Positions 35,537-44,193 of a stretch of 64,000 bases of DNA are shown in pieces. Location of the stretch: assembly GCA_963793305.1 (NCBI GenBank), contig CAWBZV010000005.1, positions 576,001-640,000 of the forward strand, given 5' to 3'. Both the position numbers and the translations under genes were made by a program. The stretch is from an uncultured Gemmatimonadales bacterium. Lineage in GTDB: Bacteria; Gemmatimonadota; Gemmatimonadetes; Gemmatimonadales; Gemmatimonadaceae. Within the stretch, counting starts at the first letter, position 1, and every line of letters begins with the position of its first letter. The notes beneath the pieces were generated by a model. It did no database searches and was not told the origin of the DNA. It was given only the letters and a program-made list of their open reading frames with translations.

Positions 35537-35642
35537 TGCCGGAGCTGGACGGCGCGGGGCTTGCAAGCTGAAATCGTTGTGAACGGCCGGAGCCCGCCTG
35601 GCTGTAGCCCGTTCGAGGATCGTTCGATCGTCAGCAGCGCGA

Positions 35643-37091
35643 TCAGGGGCCAACCGGGCTAAATCGTGCTACGAGCGCGGCCCAGGGGACCAGCCGGAAG
35701 TGTGGCCCCGATGTCACGCGAGGGGCGAGATGCAGTTCGTTGGCCGTCTGCACCAGCTCGGAGACATAGAGATTGGGGGACGTGGTGTCCTGGACGCGGT
35801 CGCTCGCCCAAAGGAAGCCGGCGTCCGCGATGTAGACGCCCAAGACTCCCTCGCTCGCCGCGCCGGTGACGGGGAAGACGGTCAGCGCGCCGCCCGCGCG
35901 CGACTCGCTCGAGCGAACGGTATCGATGTGCGCGCGAGTTGCCGCGCGGATCATTGGCGCGGTCAGCGGGTGGGTGAGGACAGTCGCGCCGTTCGCGACC
36001 CAATAGCGGAGTCCCGCGATGTGCGGCCAAATGTCAGTGGCGGCGACGAAGACGAGCGGATGGTGACCTGGGAATAGCTTACCGATCCACGACGAATCCT
36101 GGCTGGCGCGGCGGTCGCCTTGCGGTGAGTCGAGGATGAAGACGGTGTCGGCGACGAGCGCGATCGCGGATGTGAACGAGCGGTTCACGAGCAAGAACGC
36201 GTGAGCGCTTACGCGAACGGTGTCGGGCGCTTCGTCGGTCCAGTAGGGTTCGGGAGGTACCAGGAGCGAGTCCGCCATCACTCCAAACGCGGACATTGAA
36301 GGAAATACCGGCGCACTGTCGCGGCTCACGAGAGTGGCACCATTGGCGCCGACGATGCGGAGACGGTCCTTCGCTCCGCCGACGACGCGCATGACGCCCA
36401 TGGGGAAGAGCGCCGGACCGACGCGATCCCAGTCACCGTAACGGTACTCCACCGACTCGGGCCCTTTGAAGTAGTTCCGCTCCATCCGCGCGAGCGCGAC
36501 TGGGAGCCCATTTGACTCGCTGATGAGCAGGTGCTCCGCGCGGGGCCCCGAGAGCCGGCGCAGCGTGAGGCGTGGAAGTCCGCGAAACGCGCAGCGCCCT
36601 TCGAAGACCGCATCGCCGCGCGCCATCCAATCCGCTACCACGGCCCAGGGATTGAACGAGCGTTGCCAGGTGGCGGCGCCATGAAGCGCCACAGGTGCGA
36701 GATGCACCGAGTCGGTGCCGGTCAGCGTCGCCCGAACGCCGCTCCAAAGAGCGCTCTTGGGACCGAATGGGCTCGTGCGCTCGATACTCGCGGCCGGATC
36801 GAACCAGAAGTCCTCGTCGGTATCGAATGCCTCGAAAGGCGGATCGCTGCGGTCGCCGAGGTCGCGGAGCTCGCGCACCATCCGCGAGCGGACGTGCAGG
36901 ACTCGCCCCATGACTCGGGTGACGCCCATCGACGCGACGGCTCGACTCAGGACGTCCGTCGCCGAGGTGCCGCGTGGCGCTGGTTGGCATGATGGGAATT
37001 GGCTCGCGATCGCCGCGAGCAAGAGCGCTTCGGGGATTAATCTCGCGATTGGGCTGATCTTCGATCCACTGGACTGGGGGAAGTTGGTCAA
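35643..37091 (-). CDS. Hypothetical protein with a degenerate C-terminal metallo-beta-lactamase-like fold; 5' end uncertain or truncated
   Basis: FILDSP, ATDIWPHIAGLR, FLWASD, GPH. Confidence 0.55.
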   Translation of the reverse strand: MTNFPQSSGSKISPIARLIPEALLLAAIASQFPSCQPAPRGTSATDVLSRAVASMGVTRVMGRVLHVRSRMVRELRDLGDRSDPPFEAFDTDEDFWFDPAASIERTSPFGPKSALWSGVRATLTGTDSVHLAPVALHGAATWQRSFNPWAVVADWMARGDAVFEGRCAFRGLPRLTLRRLSGPRAEHLLISESNGLPVALARMERNYFKGPESVEYRYGDWDRVGPALFPMGVMRVVGGAKDRLRIVGANGATLVSRDSAPVFPSMSAFGVMADSLLVPPEPYWTDEAPDTVRVSAHAFLLVNRSFTSAIALVADTVFILDSPQGDRRASQDSSWIGKLFPGHHPLVFVAATDIWPHIAGLRYWVANGATVLTHPLTAPMIRAATRAHIDTVRSSESRAGGALTVFPVTGAASEGVLGVYIADAGFLWASDRVQDTTSPNLYVSELVQTANELHLAPRVTSGPHFRLVPWAALVARFSPVGP

Positions 37092-37314
37092 AATTGCAAT
37101 TCGAATAGTCGACCCCGATGGAGCAGAGCTGGTGTCATTGAATGCTCAGCCAATAAGCTTTCAACCTCCATACCCAGGGTATCCCGCGGTGTGGTTCAAC
37201 ACACTAAGCATCAATGTTGTGTTCCCACGAGAGGGCACGTATTCCTTCCAACTCCGCGTGGATGGCCTGCAACTGAGCGAAGTCCCTCTGTATGTAGGGC
37301 CGTCCCCTAAGTAA
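37033..37314 (+). pseudogene. 3' fragment of a DUF6941-like gene at the left edge of the island
   Basis: IRIVDPDG...FPREGTYSFQLRVDG...EVPLYV; N-terminal half absent; composition shifts here. Confidence 0.55.
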
Positions 37315-37648
37315 GAGCTTGCGCTGGCGCAAAAGCGCTAGACGCTCGATCGCGACCTCGCTCAGGCCGCCGCCGGCAGCCTGCTGAGCCAAGAGAAATC
37401 CGTCGGCGCTTAACTGCATGCGCTACGCGTCACGGGCCGGCTAGAGGTCGCATCTCATGTGGAGCCAACATTTCGGCTGAAAGGACCGAGGCAATTCTGA
37501 CCTAGATATTGCCATCGCGAGCCCCTAAGGTTTGCCGGATGCCACGGCCTCCTGAGCTAGCGCGACGTCGCTGGTCGACCTATGCCACCCTTATATTCCG
37601 TTGGTCCAACAGCTACCGCGGCCCATTGCCGCGTCCGCGGTAGGCCTT

Positions 37649-37903
37649 ATGGAGTGGCCGACTTGGTGGAACTGGGACCTCGAGCTAACGCCTCATCTCG
37701 AAAAGCGCATGGAGGATCGCCAGTTTTCGGAAATCGATCTGAGGGCCATGTTGCATAAGGCGGCCGGGTGTCATCCCAATGTGATTGCCGGACGGTTCGT
37801 TGTCGATACAACACACGCCGGGCGCCCCTGGGAAGTCATAGTCGAACCGGACGATGATGAGTCCTTACTAGTCGTGGTTACCGCGTACCCAGTCGACCGA
37901 TAA
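37649..37903 (+). CDS. DUF4258-family putative toxin
   Basis: TPHLEKRMEDR...LVVVTAY. Confidence 0.75.
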   Translation: MEWPTWWNWDLELTPHLEKRMEDRQFSEIDLRAMLHKAAGCHPNVIAGRFVVDTTHAGRPWEVIVEPDDDESLLVVVTAYPVDR

Positions 37904-37907
37904 GACC

Positions 37908-38177
37908 ATGCGAGATCGCTACCTTGAGGTGACATTCCGGAAGGGCAAAGTCCTCGCCGCGTATCTGTACCTTCCCAGGCCCGCTGGCGCACGCAGCGTT
38001 CGAACGGTGACCGCAGGCCCAGGCATTTTGATTGACTTCGGTTCCGGCGATGTAGTGATCGGTATTGAAATCACGTCACCTGGCGCGATTACTCTCGACG
38101 CGATCAACGCAGTTTTGGCGCAATTGGGGCAACCGCGCGTAAGCGCCGCGGAGTTAGCGCCACTGCGTGCAGCATAG
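37908..38177 (+). CDS. DUF2283-family putative antitoxin
   Basis: AAYLYL...GILIDF...IGIEI; 4 bp after the DUF4258 gene. Confidence 0.8.
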   Translation: MRDRYLEVTFRKGKVLAAYLYLPRPAGARSVRTVTAGPGILIDFGSGDVVIGIEITSPGAITLDAINAVLAQLGQPRVSAAELAPLRAA

Positions 38178-38308
38178 CCATCGCTCCGGCTCTCGCACTG
38201 CCAGATTCACAGCCGCTTGTCGAACGGCGATAGTTGAGGTGACGCGAGTCGTCGCCGCGCCGATCAAGATACCGCCCTTACGTCTCTCGCACGGCTGGCT
38301 TCGCGCCT

Positions 38309-39350
38309 ATGTCCTATCGCCCCGAACGAGTCAACCTGCATCAGAAAGTGCTCGACGCCGTGTATGCGCACGTACTGCGCGACTCGAAGTGGCCAAGAAC
38401 GCGGCTGCTTGAGATTGAACTGGCTACCTTCTTACCTCCGGGCGTTGGCTGGTTCGAGGTTATCCACGAGATCGGCAACGAGTTCATCTCTGAGTGCTCC
38501 GCCAGAGGGCGACGGAACGTGCATGCTGACGCTGGGCGGCGTAGCGAGGTGCACGAGGGCCGAACTGGACGTTCAGCGAGTCCTCTATATCGCCGGCAAT
38601 GCCGCCGCCGCCTACCACGAGTCCGGCGGGGACGGAACTGCCGTGTTAAATCTCGGCGATCTCTTCAAAGCGGAGGCGCTAGACAGTCCATCGATGAGTC
38701 GTCTTATGATGATCCTCGAGTCGATGGAATGGCTCTCGCCGGCCGGATTCCCAGTGTACAAGGTGTTGCGCGGAGCGATGACGCTCGGTGGCGTTAAGTC
38801 GGTGGACGAGCTTGCGGCTCGGACACGTGACTACAAGCGCGGCGTAGAGCGCGACAAGCGGCTTGCTTATTCCTCAATCAACGGCGCCGCGGCTCCGCCG
38901 CACATCCTCTTCGTCAGTCACGCCGCGGTCGATCTGGAGATCGCCGACCTGCTTGCTGCCCATCTGGAGGTCGCTCTCCCGATGACCGCCGTCTTCGTTG
39001 CGTCCCGGCGGGATGCGATCGTCTCCGGAGAAGAGTGGTTGGACTTGATCCGTGCGAAGCTTCGACAAGCGGACGCGTTCGTCGTGCTATGGACGCACCG
39101 AAGTGCCGAGAGACCATGGCTATGGCTCGAAACCGGCGGTGCCTGGGTGAAGGACAATCCACGACTAATACCGGCAACAGCTGGCGGATTCGCCAAGAGT
39201 AAGATCCCGTTGCCCATTTTACTCAGCCAGGCGCGTGCCCTCGAAGATCCGCAGGATGCGGCACAGCTCTTTCGTGATCTCGGTGGCGAGCTGAAGGATC
39301 CGGCTGCCTTCTCAGCGGCGATCGCCGAGGCCGCGCAAAGAATCAAGTGA
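38309..39350 (+). CDS. Protein with an unknown N-terminal domain and a C-terminal TIR domain; +1 frameshift at ~38490-38520
   Basis: LFVSHAAVD...VFVAS...GEEW...IRAKL...S..RPWLWLETGGA. Confidence 0.75.
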
Positions 39351-39419
39351 GCTTGTAGTTCATCGGTTGCGTCATTGCTGGCGTGCCCACTTTTAGCACG
39401 CGCAGTACGTTGTCCGAGC

Positions 39420-40199
39420 CTACTTACCACCAGGTTCGGGGCAGTACTTCGTCAAGAAGTACGGATCATCTACCGGCACAACGCGCAACGAAACGGATCT
39501 CATCGAGTACAGTCCACAACTTATGACGTCCGCCGAATCTAGGTCGAACAAAGCAACGTTATGACCCGGTCCGAGCGCGCTGTGATACGCAATGCCATCG
39601 AGGCCGTCATTTCGGAAAAGCTCGGCCAGAATCTGTGTCGGTACGTACTCGGCAAGGTCCTCGTGGCGCCCGACTGGCCGCGAATACGCTCGATCTATCT
39701 CGCCCCAATTGGCCCGCTCGCGCTCTGCCTCGTCTGGTTCGTTGAAGTAGACCTTCCACGGCCCGGCGTTGACGGTGCAGTTCATGATACGAAAAGTACG
39801 GCAGACCCGAAGCTCGGCGGCTGACACGAGAGCCCCGATCCAGGGACGAACCTCGGCAATTGTCGTGTCGCGCTCAGTGGCGGTGTACAGCACGGGAATT
39901 CCCTTAGGATTGGCTCGACCTTCGTAGGCTGACTGCCGCCGTGGCTTCATCTCGTCAGGACCGAGGGCGCATGCCATGTCCTCCTGCTCATTCTCGGCTA
40001 CCAGCTCAGTCCGATAGTCATGCCCTTCGCGCGCTCTCCAGAGCACCGTCCCTGCGGCAATCTCCTCGCGCCGCGATTCGCTAGAGGACAGGACCGCGGC
40101 TAAGTAGTCTTGCTGCTCCTTCACCCTTATGTAGCGCCATTGCCGGCTCACCGACTCGGCGAACTCATCGAAGCTGCGGACGGATTTGAAGGGCGGCAT
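39420..40199 (-). CDS. RES-domain protein
   Basis: LWRAR, GRANPKGIPVLY, AEVRP, YVPTQ, GIAYHS, NVALF. Confidence 0.85.
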   Translation of the reverse strand: MPPFKSVRSFDEFAESVSRQWRYIRVKEQQDYLAAVLSSSESRREEIAAGTVLWRAREGHDYRTELVAENEQEDMACALGPDEMKPRRQSAYEGRANPKGIPVLYTATERDTTIAEVRPWIGALVSAAELRVCRTFRIMNCTVNAGPWKVYFNEPDEAERERANWGEIDRAYSRPVGRHEDLAEYVPTQILAELFRNDGLDGIAYHSALGPGHNVALFDLDSADVISCGLYSMRSVSLRVVPVDDPYFLTKYCPEPGGK

Positions 40200-40213
40200 T
40201 TCCGTGGGCCACT

Positions 40214-40378
40214 CTACTTACGCTTTGCCTCAGCGGCCCTTCGCTCGATCTCTCTTAACACGAGCGACCGGACCCAGGAGCTAGCCAGCAGATGGTCCGC
40301 TTCCGCGGCTCTTTCGATGAGCTTCTTCTCGGTCGGCGTCACGCGAACGTAGACCACTTGAGACCGCTTCTCGGCCAT
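40214..40378 (-). CDS. 54-aa ribbon-helix-helix protein (DUF1778/CopG-like); absent from the ORF track
   Basis: Translated by hand: MAEKRSQVVYVRVTPTEKKLIERAAEADHLLASSWVRSLVLREIERRAAEAKRK; alternative ATG at 40390. Confidence 0.75.
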   Translation of the reverse strand: MAEKRSQVVYVRVTPTEKKLIERAAEADHLLASSWVRSLVLREIERRAAEAKRK

Positions 40379-40556
40379 GCGCTGGAACATAGGCGAGCCT
40401 TTGGCAGGCGTCTGTGCGGCGAATCGCTAGCGTTTGTCCGACACGCTTCGTAGATTCCGGCGTCCCTAGTGGAGACCCGGAGACCGCATGACGTCCCAGG
40501 AACTAAGTGTCGTACCGTCTATGGACGCAGTGCGACCCTCGGTGGAGGGATCGCCA

Positions 40557-40805
40557 ATGACACCACTGGAGCGCAAAGCCGCTTTCAAGGCAGCAGTCAC
40601 TATGACGCAAGCCTCGGCTGCCGTGGCGGCGCGCCAGCTCAGTGTGTCCTACAACCACCTCATGCTCGTGCTTAGCGGCGAGCGTACCGGCTCCGAGCGG
40701 CTGTGCCGCGCGATTGCCGCATTCCTCTGTCGCACCGAAGTTGAAGTCTTCGGCAGTCGTGCCCAACGCGTGGCGCCCGAGCCTCAGAGCGGCAGAGAGC
40801 GATAG
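40557..40805 (+). CDS. Ner/Cro-like small HTH protein, copy C
   Basis: GGAGG RBS; AARQLSVSYNHLMLVLSG...IAAFL...EVF; close paralogue of the gene at 48182. Confidence 0.75.
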   Translation: MTPLERKAAFKAAVTMTQASAAVAARQLSVSYNHLMLVLSGERTGSERLCRAIAAFLCRTEVEVFGSRAQRVAPEPQSGRER

Positions 40806-40958
40806 CGCCTGGCGCCACGGCGCTCAGCCTTTCCGTTGTGATTAGCTGTGCGAGCAAGAGGATCGATAGCGGTGTCTCGTGCCTTCGGCACTGCGACCCG
40901 CTATCTGATCCTTGCTCGCCGCCATTCGCACTCGGCTTCGCCGAGGTGCTCAAGGCGG
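40806..40958. repeat. Conserved hairpin block A, copy C
   Basis: Stem 40850-40919 and hairpin 40928-40949; near-identical to 48446-48597. Confidence 0.8.
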
Positions 40959-41003
40959 GTCTAGCCTGTCCCGCATCGCGTCGCGCGAGCCTTGCCGCAT
41001 GTC

Positions 41004-41628
41004 CGAGCACGAGCCGTCGGGGCGCTCCGCCTTCTAGGGGCTCCCGCGCCCCACGGCTCGAACTACGGAACAGCATCGGACTGGCGCGACGGGCCGATCG
41101 TCTGACGTAGACCCGAACGTCACCGAGGCCCGCCGCGCCACGAAGCGGGTTGTCCTGGTTGAAACGGTGCCATCTCTAACGCCACAGCGGCAGGTGGGTG
41201 GCCACTGAGCACGCGGCGCTCACGGCGTCTACAGAGCCGTGCTCAGGCAAACTACCCATTGCGGGCCGAGCCCGGCTTGGCTGCAGCGCCTCCCCCGAGT
41301 CCTCAATTCGGGTCCGAGCCGGGTCATTTCAACATTAACGTGCAATCGCGTGTCCTTAATCCGCTATCGGGCCGTGTCATCTCAGTAGGGCTGCGGATTT
41401 GGCGCCTCACCGGGGTTTGGTAGGTAGGAGGACTCACAGCGATGCCTCCCGCGCTCGCAAAGATGGACCAGATGCGCTTCTCGTGACTCTCACTCTTGTA
41501 GGCGCAGCTCGTCGACCCAAAGGCCGCGAGCGATAGCGCAGTCGCTTTGACCGTGTAACGGCAGGGGACTAGACCCCCTGGGACGTGAACTCCGTCTAGT
41601 AGAGAGACACACCAACCACAGGACACCG
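41004..41628. repeat. Conserved non-coding block B (putative oriT region), copy C
   Basis: Colinear with 49317-49943; hairpin 41010-41060. Confidence 0.7.
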
Positions 41629-41832
41629 ATGACACCTCCGACGTTGGACCCCCGCACCAAACCGACGATGGTCCGCTGGACGCCCACCGAGATCGCGACG
41701 GTCAGCGAGCGCGCGCAGGCCTGCGGTCTCACCGTCGCCCGCTTCGTCCGCGAAGCAGCCCTCGGCGCTGTGCCCAAAGCCACGCGCAACGTCGACCAGA
41801 AGGCGTTGGTGCGCGAGCTGGCACGCAGTGGG
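41629..41832 (+). pseudogene. mobC: mobC 5' remnant
   Basis: MTPPTLDPRTKPTMVRWT...RELARSG matches MobC at 49944, then breaks. Confidence 0.85.
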
Positions 41833-41990
41833 CGACGGAACGGAAGCACCTCTCGATCACAGACGTCGCGGCCGCCGGCGGATGGCGCGATACGGCGACT
41901 CTTCTGACGTGCTACACGCAGCCAGATAACGAAACGCTCCTCGCCGTCATGAGCGAGGAGCGGAAGGTCCGAGAGATATCGGTTAGCTAG
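41829..41990 (+). pseudogene. Integrase 3' remnant
   Basis: WATERKHLSITDVAAAGGWRDTATLLTCYTQPDNETLLAVMSEERK, nearly identical to the C-terminus of the integrase at 52199. Confidence 0.9.
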
Positions 41991-42060
41991 GTCGCGGCCG
42001 CAGAGAAACACGGAACAAACGCGGAACGCGATTTTCAGCTAGTTGTTAAGTCCTTGTAAC

Positions 42061-42108
42061 TCAATCGGGACGGCGGGATTTGAACCCGCGACCCCCTGAA
42101 CCCCATTC
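42061..42108. repeat. att core: perfect 48-bp copy of the tRNA-Pro 3' half
   Basis: Identical to 53501-53548. Confidence 0.92.
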
Positions 42109-42276
42109 GGTTCTCGGGGACGACATCAACAACATAGTTTGGCGCTGTTCAGAGGGAAAACCGGGCGTCGGGCCCGATCTTCACGACGAAAATGTCGGTT
42201 GCTGCCGGCAGAAACGGGCCCCCGAACGGGCCCCCGCCGAATCAGGCGACGTGAGGCGACGGCTTTCGGGGACAGC

Positions 42277-43485
42277 TCAAACGGTACGTCGCTTAAGCTC
42301 CGCAAGCGTGATGAGCACTTCGCGAGGTGACGAAGCATTGGGCGGTCCAAGAACGCCAGCGGCGTGCAACTGGTCAATTAGGCGAGCGGCCCGGCCGTAA
42401 CCAATCAGCAATCGTCGCTGGAGCAGTGCAGTGGATCCCTGATCGTGTTGAATCACGACTTCTGCCGCTTGGTGGAGGAGCGGATCGACATTCGGGTTTG
42501 ATTTACTGAACCAGTCAGGTTCATGAGCTGCTGCAACCGCACGGCGTACGGCTTTCATTGTTTCGGCAGGTGGTGTCGAACCGGAATTGCGTTGCGAAAG
42601 GTAGGCGACAAGACGATCTGTCTCCGAATGTGACACATAGCCGGCGCGGATTCTCACCGGCATTGCCGTGTCAGGAGCGAGGTAGAGCAGTGTTCCGAGA
42701 CCCTCCAGGTGCTCCGCCCCGGACCGATCGAGCACCGTCCGGCTGTCGATGCCGGATGGTAGATGGAACGCGATGCGACTCGGAATCAGGCCTTTGACAT
42801 CCCCCGTCACGAAGGGCGATGTCGGTCGGGAGGTCACCAGGACAAGGTGTACGCCAACAGCGCGACCATGCTCGGCGATGACAGCGAGGAAGTCACAAGC
42901 CTCCGGATGTGGCAGCGTCAGACCCGTGACATTGTCAATGACGCAGACGATAAAAGGCAATCGCTCCGGGTCCTCCCGCTCGAGGACCAGACGATTCTGC
43001 TCAAGGATCGTGCGGTAACCGCGTTGGTGGAAAACACGGCCGCGTCGATGAATCTCGACAATGCACCACTTCAGGACCTTGAGCGCATCGTCAAGGTCGC
43101 TGACAACCGGCAGTAATAGATTCGCTAGGCCGCTGTATGTCGGGAGCTCCAACCCGCCCGTGTCTATCAGTAAGAAGCGCAACTCGTGCGCGGTGTAACG
43201 CACGAGGAGGGTGGCGAGTAAAGAGTGAACGTAGCTCGACTTTCCAGAGCCAGTCGTACCAGCGATCAGAAGGTGCGGCGCGCGCGCGAGATCAGCGAGG
43301 CGGAGCTCTTGGCGGTCGTCTAGCCCTAAGACGAATGTAAGGTTGCCGGCCACGTTAGCCAACGTGGGCGAAAGAAGAAGGTCACGCAGTTTGAGATCTG
43401 GCGTGTCCGAGTCAGGATTCGTCTCTGTCCGAGTGGCGGGCCAGATGAGATCAAGTGGGATGGGAAACGAGTGCATTGTTGTCAT
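42277..43485 (-). CDS. Truncated FtsK/SpoIIIE-like protein (RecA-like domain plus gamma wHTH; no TM domain)
   Basis: PHLLIAGTTGSGKS, GRAVGVHL, SRIAF, DSRTVLD..GAE.L.G.G, STALLQRRLLIGYGRAARLID. Confidence 0.85.
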   Translation of the reverse strand: MTTMHSFPIPLDLIWPATRTETNPDSDTPDLKLRDLLLSPTLANVAGNLTFVLGLDDRQELRLADLARAPHLLIAGTTGSGKSSYVHSLLATLLVRYTAHELRFLLIDTGGLELPTYSGLANLLLPVVSDLDDALKVLKWCIVEIHRRGRVFHQRGYRTILEQNRLVLEREDPERLPFIVCVIDNVTGLTLPHPEACDFLAVIAEHGRAVGVHLVLVTSRPTSPFVTGDVKGLIPSRIAFHLPSGIDSRTVLDRSGAEHLEGLGTLLYLAPDTAMPVRIRAGYVSHSETDRLVAYLSQRNSGSTPPAETMKAVRRAVAAAHEPDWFSKSNPNVDPLLHQAAEVVIQHDQGSTALLQRRLLIGYGRAARLIDQLHAAGVLGPPNASSPREVLITLAELKRRTV

Positions 43486-43537
43486 CCGCCCATTCAGCCC
43501 CCACTACACGCCGGCTCGAGTGCGTTCACGCCCAGCG

Positions 43538-43768
43538 TTACGGTTTCGATTTCGTGTGCGGATAACTGCGCGTGTACGGTGCCACGTGTGTCCCATACTT
43601 TTTCGTATATCCGCGGACATGCACCCGGTTATCAGGATTGTGCGGCTTCGCGGTGTGGTGCGAAGGCGGCCGAGTCGATTGCGCTCCAGCGGGTATGGAA
43701 GCGGCGGCGAACATTGCGAATACGAGCGGCAACAGCCTGCGAAGACGTAGCACAGATCCCCCTGTCAT
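43538..43768 (-). CDS. Small secreted basic protein with a V-x-G-Y-x-K-x-x-G-T-x-V motif
   Basis: Signal peptide, then VHVRGYTKKYGTHVAPYTRSYP. Confidence 0.6.
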   Translation of the reverse strand: MTGGSVLRLRRLLPLVFAMFAAASIPAGAQSTRPPSHHTAKPHNPDNRVHVRGYTKKYGTHVAPYTRSYPHTKSKP

Positions 43769-43810
43769 TATGATGCTGCCACTAATAGTGAACTGCGTCG
43801 CAGCGCGATA

Positions 43811-43856
43811 GGGCACGTTTCTGACAGTGATGGGGCAGATTTCTGACAGTTGATGG
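43811..43856. repeat. Direct repeat with a 22-bp period (core TTTCTGACAGT)
   Basis: Cores at 43818-43828 and 43840-43850, upstream of the 43768 gene. Confidence 0.55.
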
Positions 43857-44117
43857 ATCGCTGGCCCAACCTCACGCTTATCGGGCGCGTCTGACTTCCC
43901 AGGCAACTTCAGCATCGCGCCGCATTTCACTCTGATAGCCCGGCAATCCGCCGCATTCCTGGCGACGCGATGTCGGCTCGGAGGGGGCAATGTGTACCCA
44001 GCCAAGATGGATGTGACGCTGTAAACTGGTAAACAAACGGCGGGATGATCCCGTAGGACTTCGCGTTTGAATTCAGGCACATAACGGCTGGGTCTACAGA
44101 TCGATATCACTGAACTG

Positions 44118-44170
44118 TTGCCATTACTTACACTTAGTCGTTAATATTCAGCATTCGCGAATAGCGAATA
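44118..44170 (+). promoter_or_regulatory. Sigma70-like promoter (TTGCCA-n18-TAATAT) with overlapping palindrome TATTC-n3-ATTCGCGAAT-n3-GAATA
   Basis: Palindrome at 44145-44170, directly upstream of the wHTH gene. Confidence 0.65.
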
Positions 44171-44193
44171 ACTCTCAAGAACCGGATACGAAG

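Larger units (their letters stand above)
37033..42108. mobile_element. Decayed IME copy C (cargo, RHH/Ner pair, hairpin blocks, mobC-int deletion fusion); left att not found
   Basis: Colinear homology of 40557-41990 with 48197-53430; att core at 42061. Confidence 0.75.

Noticed and set aside
40850..40949. UUCG tetraloop RNA or integron attC site
   Set aside because: The pairing register gives 3-nt TTC loops rather than c(UUCG)g; no RYYYAAC/GTTRRRY boxes, and no IntI-like features in the integrase
42061..42108. Extra tRNA genes at 42061 and 45520
   Set aside because: Only the 3' half is present, so these are att duplications
42277..43485. Housekeeping ftsK
   Set aside because: Lacks the membrane domain, has an altered Walker B and lies inside the island
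43769..44110. N-terminal extension of the 43538-44110 ORF
   Set aside because: Not protein-like, overlaps the direct repeats, and the signal peptide begins near 43768
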